Source of the DNA: an uncultured Actinomycetota bacterium
GTDB lineage: Bacteria > Actinomycetota > Actinomycetes > JAFAQI01
Direction: 5' to 3'
DNA: 64,000 bases
Assembly: GCA_963770565.1 (NCBI GenBank)
Contig: CAVYQE010000011.1
Span: 96,001 to 160,000 of the forward strand
Positions 53,987 to 63,998 of this stretch are shown piece by piece. Below the pieces are notes generated by a model that searched no databases, was not told where the DNA came from, and saw nothing but the letters and a program-made list of their open reading frames with translations. Every line of letters begins with the position of its first letter. Position 1 is the first letter of the stretch. The position numbers and the translations under genes were made by a program.

Positions 53987-55648
53987 TCAGGCCAGCGCAC
54001 CGATCGAGCTGTGCACCGACCTGATCGCGCTGGCACCCTCGCCGACCGCGGCAGCGACCCGCTTCATCGACGCGTGCCGCACGTCCCCGACCGCGAAGAC
54101 GCCCGGCACGCTCGTCTCGAACGGCAGCGGACGGCGACCGAGCAGCGACCAGGTAGACCCGAGCAACCCGTCGTCGAGCTGCTCATCGGTCAGGACGAAG
54201 CCGTCCGCGTCAAGCGCAAGCGCGTCGAGCCAGCCGGTCGCCGGCTCGGCGCCGATGAAGCAGAACAAGCCCCGACATGGGATGTCCTCCGAGGTGGCGG
54301 CCACCCGGTCGGCGAGCGTGATCGACTCCAGACTCCGGTCGCCGCCGACGCCGACGACTTCGGTGTTGGGCCGGACTGTGATCGCGGGCTCTGATCGGAT
54401 CCGGTCGACGAGGTAGCGCGACATGCTCTTGTCGAGCGCCGAGCCGCGCAGCACCAGCGTGACCGGGCTGCCGTGCTCGGCGAGATAGATCGCGGCCTGA
54501 CCGGCCGAGTTCGCCCCACCGATCACGCAGACCGGTTGCGCCGCGCACTCCCGGACCTCGAGGTCGGTGGCGGCGTAGTAGATCCCGGCGCCCTCGAGCC
54601 GCTGCCAGCCGCTGAGCGGGAGCTTGCGATAGCTGGCGCCGGTTGCGATGACGACGGATCGGGTCGGTACGTCCGTCCCGTCCGACAGCGTGAGCCGAAG
54701 CCGGTCGCCGTCGGTGTCCATCGCCACCGCCCGGCACGGTGTGGCGACGTGCGCGCCGAACTTCTGCGCCTGCACCAGCCCGAGCCCCATCAGGTCTTCG
54801 CCGGACAGCCCGTAGGGAAACCCAAGGTAGTTCTCGATCCGCGAGCTGGCCGCAGCCTGGCCACCGACCGAGGTGGCGTCGAGCAACATCGTGGTGAGAC
54901 CTTCGGACGCGCCGTACACCGCCGCGGCCAGGCCGGCCGGCCCGGCGCCGACGACCACGACATCGAACACCGCGCCGTCGATCGGTCGATAGGCCAGGCC
55001 GAGCAGCTCGGCGACCTTGCCTGCGGAGGCGCGCGTGGTCGTGCCGGTCGCGGTGATGACGACCGGGAGGTCGGTGTTCTTGGCTTTGATCGTCTCGGCG
55101 AACGCCCTGCCGTCGGGTTCGTCGATGTCCATCCACACATGCGGGATCCGCTGTCGCGCGGCCCAGGTGTGCAGCGCGTTGCTCTCGGCGCACAGCCGGC
55201 TGCCGAGCATCTCGATACCGCGCGCGCCGGCACCGGTCAGCAGCATGTCCCGCCGGGCCATGAACGCCCGCAGCACGACATCGGAGAGCTCGCCGTCCTC
55301 GTCCATGAGCTGCCGGAAGCCGGCGGGGGTCAGCCGGCGGATCTCCCCGGGCACCCGCACCCGGGCGGTGAGATACACCGCCTGCCCGGTCAGCAGATTG
55401 AGCTCGCCCAGGAACCGGCCCGGGCCGTGCTGCGCGACGACTTCGGCCGGTGCGTCAGGGGTGTCCGGACGGATGATGTCGACCTCACCCGATTCGATGA
55501 AGATGAAGTCGTAGGTCGCGTCCCCGGCGGTGAACAGTAGGTCGCCGACCGCGACCGGTTCGGCCGGGGCCCGGGCCCGCAGCCGGGTCAACTGGTCGTG
55601 GGTCAGCACTGGTTGTGCCGGCGTACCGACGTTCTCGCTGGTCATCAT
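53987..55648 (-). CDS. cNMP-binding-domain thioredoxin-reductase-like flavoprotein
   Basis: N: GRFLGELNLL; C: GAGPAG, SSRIENYLGFP, ATG, GGANSAGQA, FAVGD, KRVAAAVGEG. Confidence 0.9.
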   Translation of the reverse strand: MMTSENVGTPAQPVLTHDQLTRLRARAPAEPVAVGDLLFTAGDATYDFIFIESGEVDIIRPDTPDAPAEVVAQHGPGRFLGELNLLTGQAVYLTARVRVPGEIRRLTPAGFRQLMDEDGELSDVVLRAFMARRDMLLTGAGARGIEMLGSRLCAESNALHTWAARQRIPHVWMDIDEPDGRAFAETIKAKNTDLPVVITATGTTTRASAGKVAELLGLAYRPIDGAVFDVVVVGAGPAGLAAAVYGASEGLTTMLLDATSVGGQAAASSRIENYLGFPYGLSGEDLMGLGLVQAQKFGAHVATPCRAVAMDTDGDRLRLTLSDGTDVPTRSVVIATGASYRKLPLSGWQRLEGAGIYYAATDLEVRECAAQPVCVIGGANSAGQAAIYLAEHGSPVTLVLRGSALDKSMSRYLVDRIRSEPAITVRPNTEVVGVGGDRSLESITLADRVAATSEDIPCRGLFCFIGAEPATGWLDALALDADGFVLTDEQLDDGLLGSTWSLLGRRPLPFETSVPGVFAVGDVRHASMKRVAAAVGEGASAIRSVHSSIGALA

Positions 55649-55655
55649 GTCGGCC

Positions 55656-56033
55656 TCAGTGCAGCAACTGCTGCCAGTCGGCGGGCACCCGGCCGGCCGG
55701 ACCCGGCGTCGGCTGCTCGGTCGGATGGTGTTGTGGGTCAGCGAGCGAGGGGCCGTAGAAGCCGTCCTCGGTGCTGAAGTTCCAGAACCAGTCCTCGCCC
55801 GGTTCGAAAGAACGCATCACCGCATGGCCGGTCTCGGCCGCGTGCTTGCGCGCGTGCTGGGACGGCGAGGAGTCGCAGCAGCCGATCCGGCCGCACTTCG
55901 CGCACCTGCGCAGGTGTAGCCACCAGCCGCCGGCGGCGTCGCAGTCGGCGCATCCGGCTCCGCTCGGTGGCACGGATGGGTCGATCAATTCGTCGGTGGG
56001 TGTGGTGGGGTCGTGGGAATCCGACGGTGCCAT
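55656..56033 (-). CDS. UBP-type zinc-finger protein
   Basis: CADC..WLHLRRCAKCGRIGCCDSS..HA..H..GH..SFEPGEDW. Confidence 0.9.
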   Translation of the reverse strand: MAPSDSHDPTTPTDELIDPSVPPSGAGCADCDAAGGWWLHLRRCAKCGRIGCCDSSPSQHARKHAAETGHAVMRSFEPGEDWFWNFSTEDGFYGPSLADPQHHPTEQPTPGPAGRVPADWQQLLH

Positions 56034-56140
56034 CGTGATCGCCTCCTCGGTTCGGGCCTCCTCGAGGTTCCTTCCGGCAGTATGTCGTGTTGACGAGATC
56101 ACCACATCCCGCCGGTTGCGCTTCGGCGGAAGGAGGACCG

Positions 56141-56548
56141 ATGACGATCATCGCGGTGACCCGGCTCCGGCTGCGCGATGTCTCAGTGCAGGATGCCTTC
56201 TTCAATGCCGCGCTTGCTTCGCTGGAGCAGGCCAAGACCGCCGACGGCGTGGCAGGCACCGACGCGTTCGCCGACGCCGGCAACGTCTGGTGGACGGTCA
56301 CTGCTTGGCGCGACCGCGCCGCGATGGCGTCCTTCGTCGGCTCCGAGCCGCACGCGTCGATCCTCGGCCACCTCGACGAGTGGTGCGACGAGGCGTCGTT
56401 CGTCGACTGGGAACAGGACGGCACCGAGCTGCCGGACTGGCACACCAGCTACGAACGGCTGGTCGCGGACGGGACGTCGTCGCCGCTAACGCATGGCACC
56501 GCCGCGAATGCGACCCGCGACTTCCCGACGCCGGTCGCCGGCGACTGA
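56141..56548 (+). CDS. DUF3291/ABM-like dimeric alpha-beta barrel protein
   Basis: GGAGGA RBS; VTRLRLR, WTVTAW, AMASFV..EPH, WCDEA. Confidence 0.7.
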   Translation: MTIIAVTRLRLRDVSVQDAFFNAALASLEQAKTADGVAGTDAFADAGNVWWTVTAWRDRAAMASFVGSEPHASILGHLDEWCDEASFVDWEQDGTELPDWHTSYERLVADGTSSPLTHGTAANATRDFPTPVAGD

Positions 56549-56555
56549 CTGTGCC

Positions 56556-56637
56556 AAGCAATGTCACATCACCCTGCCCTTTGTGGGGGTGATGTCACAT
56601 TGCCCCCCATTTCATGGGGGGCAATGTGACATTGCTT
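56556..56637. repeat. Nested palindromic REP/MITE-like element
   Basis: 14-bp terminal inverted repeats AAGCAATGTCACAT/ATGTGACATTGCTT, three ATGT(C/G)ACAT cores, internal 19-bp perfect hairpin. Confidence 0.75.
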
Positions 56638-56675
56638 CTGAAGGGCGCGGCGGCATGCGGCGTAGTTTCTTCGGT

Positions 56676-57080
56676 ATGGCTCACGACGGTGACAAGGACG
56701 CGGCGGTCGGACTGGCCGACCCGGTCGTCGCCGAGGAGCTGCAGCGTCGCCGCAGCGAGCTGGTCGCCCAGCTCGCCCGGCTCAATGCCCCCCGCGAGCC
56801 GGGGATGGCCGCGATCGGGTTCGGCAAGCGGGCCGGAGACTTCACCGCGATCGCGACCGAGCAGGAGGAGCGTGCGGTCACGGCGGAGCAGCTCGACCAC
56901 CAGCTCGGGGTCGTGGACCGCGCGATCGCCAAGCTCGCCGAGGGCACCTACGGCCGTTGCGACGACTGCGGTGACGCGATCGGTGCGGCCCGGCTCGAGG
57001 CGCTTCCGACCGCCGTACGGTGCCTGAGTTGTCAGGCCGGCAGTGCTCGCTCGTCCCGCTCCGCGCGTGGACGGCGTTGA
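56676..57080 (+). CDS. TraR/DksA C4-type zinc-finger protein
   Basis: GTYGRCDDCG..I...RLEALP....CLSC. Confidence 0.88.
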   Translation: MAHDGDKDAAVGLADPVVAEELQRRRSELVAQLARLNAPREPGMAAIGFGKRAGDFTAIATEQEERAVTAEQLDHQLGVVDRAIAKLAEGTYGRCDDCGDAIGAARLEALPTAVRCLSCQAGSARSSRSARGRR

Positions 57081-57090
57081 GCCGGCGGGA

Positions 57091-58464
57091 TCAGCACTCG
57101 ATCACGTTGACGGCGAGTCCGCCGCGCGCGGTCTCCTTATATTTCACGTTCATGTCGGCGCCGGTCTCGCGCATCGTCTTGATCACCCCGTCCAGGCTCA
57201 CCACGTGAGACCCGTCGCCGCGCATGGCCATTCGGGCCGCGTTGATCGCCTTGACCGCGCCGATCGCATTGCGTTCGATGCACGGGATCTGCACCAGCCC
57301 GCCGACCGGGTCGCAGGTGAGCCCGAGGTTGTGCTCCATCGCGATCTCGGCGGCGTTCTCCACCTGACGCGGCGAGCCGCCGCTGACGGCGGCGAGGGCG
57401 CCGGCCGCCATCGACGCGGCTGACCCGACCTCGCCCTGGCAGCCGACCTCGGCACCGGAGATCGACGCGGTCTGCTTGTAGATCATGCCGATCGCACCGG
57501 CGGTGAGCAGGAACCGTACGACGCCGTCGTCGTCGGCGCCGGGCACGAAGTGGGTGTAGTAGTGCAGTACGGCGGGGATGATGCCGGCCGCGCCATTGGT
57601 GGGAGCCGTGACCACCCGGCCGCCGGAGGCGTTCTGCTCGTTGACCGCGAGCGCGAACAGGTTGACCCAGTCCATCGCCCGCATCGGATCGGTCGAGTCC
57701 AGCTCGGCCGACAACGCCCGGGCCAGGTCCGGCGCCCGCCGTCGTACCTTCAGCCCGCCCGGCAGAACCCCTTCATTCGCGATGCCTGCGGCGACGCACT
57801 CCTGCATGACGCCCCACAACCGGAGCAGGCCTTCGCGGACCTCGGCGCCGCTGCGCCAGTGCTCCTCGTTCTCCATTAGCAGGTCGTCGATCGACCGGCC
57901 GGTGGCCTCGCAGAGTGCGATCAGATCGGCGGCGGTCTCGAACGGGTGGGGGAGCACGGTCGTGTCGACCACGATCCGGTCACCGGCTGCGGCCGTCTCA
58001 TCGAGCACGAAGCCGCCGCCGACCGAGTAGTACGTGCCCAGCCGCAGCGAGGTCCCGGCGCCGTCGAAGGCCTCGAAGGTCATTCCATTGGGATGCAGCG
58101 GCAGTGATTGCCGGCGGTGCATGACCAGGTCGCGGTCCTCGTCGAACTCGATCACCTGCTTGCCCATCAGGGCCAGCGACCCGCTCCGCCGTACTTCGGC
58201 CACGATGCCGTCGCAGGCGGCCGGATCCACGTCCTCGGGCGTCTCACCGAGCAGCCCCAGCACCACCGCCCGCGGGCTGCCATGGCCGTGACCGGTCGCG
58301 CCGAGCGAGCCGAACAGCTCGACGTGGACCCGGCTGGTGCGATCGGCAAGACCGCTCTCGACCAGTCCCGCGGCGAAGGTCCGGGCCGCTCGCATCGGCC
58401 CCACGGTGTGCGAGCTCGACGGCCCGATGCCCACGCTGAAGAGGTCGAAGACGCTCAGCGCCAT
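57091..58464 (-). CDS. sdaA: L-serine ammonia-lyase (Fe-S, single chain)
   Basis: [38 protein letters not shown]. Confidence 0.95.
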   Translation of the reverse strand: MALSVFDLFSVGIGPSSSHTVGPMRAARTFAAGLVESGLADRTSRVHVELFGSLGATGHGHGSPRAVVLGLLGETPEDVDPAACDGIVAEVRRSGSLALMGKQVIEFDEDRDLVMHRRQSLPLHPNGMTFEAFDGAGTSLRLGTYYSVGGGFVLDETAAAGDRIVVDTTVLPHPFETAADLIALCEATGRSIDDLLMENEEHWRSGAEVREGLLRLWGVMQECVAAGIANEGVLPGGLKVRRRAPDLARALSAELDSTDPMRAMDWVNLFALAVNEQNASGGRVVTAPTNGAAGIIPAVLHYYTHFVPGADDDGVVRFLLTAGAIGMIYKQTASISGAEVGCQGEVGSAASMAAGALAAVSGGSPRQVENAAEIAMEHNLGLTCDPVGGLVQIPCIERNAIGAVKAINAARMAMRGDGSHVVSLDGVIKTMRETGADMNVKYKETARGGLAVNVIEC

Positions 58465-58563
58465 GTCGCCCTCCCGGTCTGCGGTCGCCGCTGGTGGCGA
58501 TCATGCTCTAGTTCACCTCATGCCGGCGGACTTGGTCCGATTGACGACCTATTCCCCGCGTGG

Positions 58564-58583
58564 TTGATTGCATGTTCAGTCAG
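58564..58583. promoter_or_regulatory. Degenerate third copy of the TetR-type operator
   Basis: TTGATTGCATGTTCAGTCAG, 16/20 to the reverse complement of the 4072 site; divergent gap between sdaA and the phosphoesterase gene. Confidence 0.45.
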
Positions 58584-58633
58584 CCGCTCCCGGGCTTCCG
58601 GGCGGCTGACCGGTCGGCACCGGGAGGATCGCG

Positions 58634-60217
58634 ATGGCTCGTCGCCGCGGCGTCGCGACGACGATCGCCGTGCTGGCGATGGTGGCCGCCGGGCTCGGGT
58701 CATCGGCCGTGGTTGGGCAGGCCGCCCCACGGCTCCAGATCCCGGCCGCCGCGCCCGACCGAGGCCGGGTGGCGTCGGCGCCGCCCGGCACGAACCTGCT
58801 CGTCAACGCCGGCGCCGAGGTCGGGGCGGCCTCCAAGCAGGGCTGGGCGACGGTCACGATCCCGGGCTGGCGAGTGGTGCGCGGGCTGCCGACCGTGGTC
58901 CGGTACGGCAACCACGGGTTCCCGGCACCCGCGGCGCCGGGCCCCGGTCATCGAGGTCGACAGATGTTCGTCGGCGGAGCGGGCGGCACGGCCGTGCTGA
59001 CCCAATCGGTGTCGCTGGTCGGTGCCGCGGGCCGGCCGCTCCCGGCCGGTGCGCGGTTCCGCCTGACCGGCTGGCTCGGTGGCTCGGCCACCAGCCACGC
59101 GGTTGCCGACGTGCGGTTCCTCACGTCCACCCATCGTGTCCTCGCGACGGAGCGGGTGCAGCCGGCGCGTCCGGTGCCGCGAACCGTCCACGCTTTGGCG
59201 CGCAAGGCCGTCACCGGCCCGATCCCGGCCGGCGCGCGGATCGCCCGGATCGAGATCCGACTCGACACCTCGGTGAAGAACGCGGACGGCTACTACGCCC
59301 CGCTGGTCGGCTACAACCACGCGCTGGCCGACAACCTTCGGTTCACCGTCTCGACCCGGGCGCGGCGGCCGCAGCCACTCGCCCCTCCGGTCGCGCACGT
59401 CCCGGCGTACGACCATGTGTTCCTCTACTACTTCGAGAACCAGGACTACGACTCGATCATCGGCAACACGAAGCAGGCGCCGTTCTTCAACAGCCTGTTG
59501 CCGAAGGGCAGCCTGCTGGCCCACACGTTTGCCGAGGAGCATCCCTCCGACGGCAACTACCTCGCGATCGCCGGCGGGAGCACGTTCGGAATCCCGCTCG
59601 ACGACCCGCTCGAGGAGAACCCGCGCTACACCATCGACCGGCGCAACCTCGGCGACCTGCTCGTCGGTGCACACGAGACCTGGAAGGACTACGCGCAGGG
59701 GGCCAACGGACCATGTGACGACACCGTCCACGGGGCTTACTGGAACGACGACCCGGAGTTCATGTACTTCCGGGATGTGCGGACCCGCCCGCAGTACTGT
59801 GCGGCTCACCTCGTCCCGCTCGAGGAGCTGAGCAACGACCTGAGAAGCGCGGCGACGACGCCGCGCTTCTCCTGGGTCGAGCCCAACGACTGCACCGACA
59901 TGGAGGGCTGTGGGATCGCGTCCGGTGACCGTTTCCTGCGGCAGACCCTGGGCCAGATCATGGCCGCGCCGGCCTGGACCACCCAGCGCTCGCTCGTGAT
60001 CATCACCTTCGACGAGGACGCCTACGACCACGAACACCCGGCGCAACGGGTCGCGACGGTCGTGCTCGGCTCGGCGGGCGTGCGAGCCGGCTTCGTGTCG
60101 AGGACGCGCTACACGCACTACAGCCTGCTGCGCACGATCGAGGCAGCGCTCGGGCTGGGAACGCTGACCGCCAATGACCGCTACGCACAACCCCTGAACG
60201 ATGTCTTCGCGCGATAA
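58634..60217 (+). CDS. Secreted phosphoesterase (acid phosphatase/PLC family) with N-terminal beta-sandwich domain
   Basis: Signal peptide; YFENQDY, HPSDGNY, WKDYAQ, PN.C.DM, ITFDE, THYSLLRTIE. Confidence 0.82.
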   Translation: MARRRGVATTIAVLAMVAAGLGSSAVVGQAAPRLQIPAAAPDRGRVASAPPGTNLLVNAGAEVGAASKQGWATVTIPGWRVVRGLPTVVRYGNHGFPAPAAPGPGHRGRQMFVGGAGGTAVLTQSVSLVGAAGRPLPAGARFRLTGWLGGSATSHAVADVRFLTSTHRVLATERVQPARPVPRTVHALARKAVTGPIPAGARIARIEIRLDTSVKNADGYYAPLVGYNHALADNLRFTVSTRARRPQPLAPPVAHVPAYDHVFLYYFENQDYDSIIGNTKQAPFFNSLLPKGSLLAHTFAEEHPSDGNYLAIAGGSTFGIPLDDPLEENPRYTIDRRNLGDLLVGAHETWKDYAQGANGPCDDTVHGAYWNDDPEFMYFRDVRTRPQYCAAHLVPLEELSNDLRSAATTPRFSWVEPNDCTDMEGCGIASGDRFLRQTLGQIMAAPAWTTQRSLVIITFDEDAYDHEHPAQRVATVVLGSAGVRAGFVSRTRYTHYSLLRTIEAALGLGTLTANDRYAQPLNDVFAR

Positions 60218-61361
60218 CCGGGCGGCGCGCGCGGCCGCAACCATCGCGGCGGCGGCGCTGGCCGTCGCCTGGCCGGCTGGATCGGCGCTCGCCGCCCGAG
60301 CGCCCGACGTCGCTCGGACGCCGGCGGCCGGTTCGGTCGCGTGGGTGGTGAGCGCGAAGTCGGCGACGGTGACTCCGGTGGCCCTGGCGATGCACCGGGC
60401 CGGCAAGGCGGTGAAGGTCGGCCGCGGTCCGTCCGGGATCGTGATCAGCCCGGACGGGCGCACTGCGTATGTCTTGTGCTCGGGCGCGCGCACCGTCACG
60501 CCGATCGACACCGTCGCCCGGCGCGCCCGAGCGCCGATCCCGATCGGCTCGGGTGCGGGTGACAGTGCCCATCCCGGCGGGATCGCCATCACCCCTGACG
60601 GCTCGACCGTGTACGCCGTCGACCCGGGGGGCGACGCGGTGACGCCGATCGACACGGCAACCGATGTTGCCGGCGCCGCGATCCCGGTCGGCCGGCATCC
60701 GTTGCAGATCGCGATCACCCCGAACGGTCACACCGCGTACGTCCTGAACTGGGAGGGACGCTCGGTCACGCCGATCGACACCAGCACCAACGTGCCCGGG
60801 CCGGCGATCCACGTCGGCAGCTATCCGTTCGCGATCGCAATCACCCCCGACGGCAAGACGGCGTACGTCGCGAACTACGGCTCTGACACGGTCACTCCCA
60901 TCACGACCGCGACCAACATCGCAGGTGCGGCGATTCACGTCGGTATCGCTCCCGACGCGATCGCGATCACCCCCAACGGCAAGACCGCGTACGTCGTGGA
61001 CGGTGACTCCAACGCGGTGACTCCGATCACTGTCGCGACCGACAAGGCTGGACCGCGGATCAAGGTCGGCAACGCACCGGAGGGGATCGCGATCTCGGCG
61101 TCCGGTGCCACGGCGTACGTGGTCAACAACATCTACGGCAGCGTCACCGCGATCGCCACTGCGCACAACCGGCGGATCGCCACCATCTCGGCTGGCACGT
61201 ATCCCTACCCGACCGCGATTGCGCTCGCGCCGACCGGGCACCTCGCGGTGACCGTGGACACCTACTCGGGTCGGTTGTCGTTGCTCGACCTCGGCAAGCG
61301 ACGGCTGGTCGCGCGGGTCGCGGTGGGAGCGACACCGGTGGCAGTCGCGTTCGGGCGCTAG
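60201..61361 (+). CDS. Secreted YVTN/YncE beta-propeller protein
   Basis: About seven 42-aa repeats VG..P..IAITP(D/N)G.TAYV....VTPI. Confidence 0.88.
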   Translation: MSSRDNRAARAAATIAAAALAVAWPAGSALAARAPDVARTPAAGSVAWVVSAKSATVTPVALAMHRAGKAVKVGRGPSGIVISPDGRTAYVLCSGARTVTPIDTVARRARAPIPIGSGAGDSAHPGGIAITPDGSTVYAVDPGGDAVTPIDTATDVAGAAIPVGRHPLQIAITPNGHTAYVLNWEGRSVTPIDTSTNVPGPAIHVGSYPFAIAITPDGKTAYVANYGSDTVTPITTATNIAGAAIHVGIAPDAIAITPNGKTAYVVDGDSNAVTPITVATDKAGPRIKVGNAPEGIAISASGATAYVVNNIYGSVTAIATAHNRRIATISAGTYPYPTAIALAPTGHLAVTVDTYSGRLSLLDLGKRRLVARVAVGATPVAVAFGR

Positions 61362-61453
61362 ATGCACCGGGTCCGGGGTTTGCCGGACAGTTGGAGGGAC
61401 GAGGTCTTATGCTCGCCCAAGCAATCGGGGGTGGCGCGAAGGGAGCGTCTGGG

Positions 61454-62353
61454 ATGAGACGCACTGCAACCGTTGTGTTGGTTGGCCTCGCGACGCTGGG
61501 CGCAACGGCCGTTGCCGGTCCGGCGACGGCGCATCCGGCTGCCAAGCCGCAACCGAAGCCGACCGGTACGATCTTCTTCTTCCGCGAGAATGCGGGCCAG
61601 GACGGCCAGAACGCCTACTCGATGACCGCCACCGGGAAGAAGGTGCACAAGGTGCCGCACATCGGCGCGGACTTCCCGGCGCTGCCGGCGCCGAAGGCGC
61701 ACGAGATCGTTACGACGGTGCAGCCCGCGCAGTTCGTGCGCTCCATCGGTGTCTCCACCTATGCCGGCAAGGTCAAGCACGTCTACAAGTCCAAGACCCT
61801 CACACAGGTAGCGTCCGTGTCGCCGAACGGGAAGTACCTCGGCGCCGAGATCATCCACGGCGCAGGAGCCGCGTTCGCGATTACCACGATCAAGGGTAAG
61901 AACCCGAAGATCCTCTTCAGCTGGACCAACGTCCCGCCGAACGTGGCCGAAAGCTGGAACCCGACCAGCACGCAGGTCGCCGTGGTCGACACCAATCCGA
62001 ACACGAACAAGTCGACCCTGAAGATCTACAACCTGAAGGGCAAGGTCGTGCGCACCCTGCTCACCGGGGCTTCGCTCAGCGGGGGTTTGAGCTGGTCGGC
62101 CTCCGGCGTGTTGGCCTACACGACCGGCCACGAGATCGCGGAGATCAGGGCGACCGGGGGCAACCAGCACCTGCTCATCGATCTGGGGGCGAATTATCCC
62201 TACGGGGTCTCGTACTCGCCCAATGGTGCCTTCCTTGCCTACGGCGTCGATGTCGTGTCGACGCCCGACACGTTCCAGGTATGGCGCGCGACCGCGGCCG
62301 GCGGATCGCGGGTGGAGATCAACGGCAAGGGGTCGCAGCCGCACTGGGGCTGA
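61454..62353 (+). CDS. Secreted Lys-rich TolB/PD40-like beta-propeller protein
   Basis: Signal peptide ending ATA; SPNG, SWNP, SWSA, YSPNG repeats; ends P.WG. Confidence 0.65.
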   Translation: MRRTATVVLVGLATLGATAVAGPATAHPAAKPQPKPTGTIFFFRENAGQDGQNAYSMTATGKKVHKVPHIGADFPALPAPKAHEIVTTVQPAQFVRSIGVSTYAGKVKHVYKSKTLTQVASVSPNGKYLGAEIIHGAGAAFAITTIKGKNPKILFSWTNVPPNVAESWNPTSTQVAVVDTNPNTNKSTLKIYNLKGKVVRTLLTGASLSGGLSWSASGVLAYTTGHEIAEIRATGGNQHLLIDLGANYPYGVSYSPNGAFLAYGVDVVSTPDTFQVWRATAAGGSRVEINGKGSQPHWG

Positions 62354-62447
62354 GCCTGCGTGGTTCGGATGAGAATTCGACTGTGGGGCAAGTATTCTCA
62401 GTCGCTTAATTGAGTAGTCTCATTCGAAACCGGCGCTCGGAGCGTTG

Positions 62448-63998
62448 ATGGCGACCTTTACGTTCACACAGCTTGCGCCGGCGTCCTTCCTCGACCGCTC
62501 GGCTGCGGTCTTTCGCGATCGGGTTGCGGTGGTCGACGGCAGCCGCCGGCTGACCTACGCCGAGCTGGGAGACCGGTCACACCGGCTGGCCGGCGCGTTG
62601 GCCGGGCTCGGGGTGCGCGCGGGCGACCGCGTGGCCGCATTGTGTGCGAACAGTCACGTCATGCTGGAGCTGCATCACGGCGTGCCGTTCGCGGGCGCGG
62701 TGTTCGTGCCGATGAACGTCCGGCTGTCCGAGGACGAGCACGCCTACATCGTTGAGCACTCCGGCAGCGAGGTTCTCGTTGTGACGGCGGGCTTTGCCGA
62801 GCGGGCGGCCGCACTGGCCGTCCGCAACCCTCGGCTTCGGGTGGTGGTCGCCGGCGACGAGTACGAAGCACTGCTGTCGGCGGCGGAGCCACTGACCGTG
62901 CCGCTGGAGGATGAGCGGTCGCTGCTGGCGATCAACTACACGAGCGGCACGACCGGTCGCCCGAAGGGGGTGATGTACCACCATCGGGGCGCTTATCTTC
63001 AGGCCCTGGCGACGGCGTTCCACGCGCGTTTGACGCCGGCCAGCCGATACCTGTGGACCCTGCCGATGTTTCACTGCGACGGCTGGTGCTTCACCTGGGC
63101 CGTCACTGCGGCCGGTGCGACCCATGTGTGCCTCGGTGCTTTCGACGGCGACGTCGCCTGGCGACTGATTCGCGGCGAGGGGGTCACGCACCTCAGCGGG
63201 GCGCCGGCGGTGTTGACGATGATGGCCGCCGCCGCCGAAGCCGGTCCTGGCGCGCCGACCCCGGTGCGGGTCGACACCGGGGGCGCGCCGCCCTCGCCGA
63301 CCCTGCTGGCCCGGATGGCGGCGTTGAACTTCGACGTCACCCATCTGTACGGCCTGACCGAGACGTTCGGCCCGATCTGCCTGAACGACTGGCATCCGGA
63401 ATGGGACCGCCTCGACGTGGACGCGCAGGCCCGGCTCAAGGCCCGGCAAGGGGTCGGCAATGTGATCGCCGATCGGCTTCGCGTGGTGACTCCGGCCGGT
63501 GAGGACGTCGTACCTGACGGGTCGACGGCCGGCGAGATCGTCTGCCGTGGAAATGACGTGATGCTGGGCTACTACCGCGACGACGAGGCGACCGCGGCGG
63601 CCGAGCTCGATGGCTGGTTCCGCACCGGAGACCTCGCGGTCGTGCATCCGGACGGCTATATCGAGATCACCGACCGCAGCAAGGACATCATCATCTCGGG
63701 CGGCGAGAACATCTCCTCGGTCGAGGTGGAGCGCGTCCTCGACGCGCACGCGGCCGTGCTCGAGTCCGCGGTTGTCGGGCGACCGCACGAACTATGGGGC
63801 GAGACCCCGGTGGCGTTCGTCACCCTGCGGTCCGGCGCCACCGCGACGGAGCAGGACATCATCAGTCATGTGCGCGACCGGCTGGCCCACTTCAAGGCAC
63901 CAAAGCAGATCGTGTTCACGGAACTGCCGAAGACCTCCACCGGCAAGATCCAGAAGAGCCTCCTTCGTGACCGCCTGAGGCAGGAATCACACCCCTGA
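62448..63998 (+). CDS. AMP-forming acyl-CoA synthetase
   Basis: YTSGTTGRPKGV, LPMFH, YGLTE, TGD, SGGENI, PKTSTGKI. Confidence 0.93.
   Translation: MATFTFTQLAPASFLDRSAAVFRDRVAVVDGSRRLTYAELGDRSHRLAGALAGLGVRAGDRVAALCANSHVMLELHHGVPFAGAVFVPMNVRLSEDEHAYIVEHSGSEVLVVTAGFAERAAALAVRNPRLRVVVAGDEYEALLSAAEPLTVPLEDERSLLAINYTSGTTGRPKGVMYHHRGAYLQALATAFHARLTPASRYLWTLPMFHCDGWCFTWAVTAAGATHVCLGAFDGDVAWRLIRGEGVTHLSGAPAVLTMMAAAAEAGPGAPTPVRVDTGGAPPSPTLLARMAALNFDVTHLYGLTETFGPICLNDWHPEWDRLDVDAQARLKARQGVGNVIADRLRVVTPAGEDVVPDGSTAGEIVCRGNDVMLGYYRDDEATAAAELDGWFRTGDLAVVHPDGYIEITDRSKDIIISGGENISSVEVERVLDAHAAVLESAVVGRPHELWGETPVAFVTLRSGATATEQDIISHVRDRLAHFKAPKQIVFTELPKTSTGKIQKSLLRDRLRQESHP

Noticed and set aside
60400-61200. 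~126-bp periodic DNA repeats resembling an array
   Set aside because: These are degenerate coding repeats of the YVTN propeller, not CRISPR repeats and spacers.
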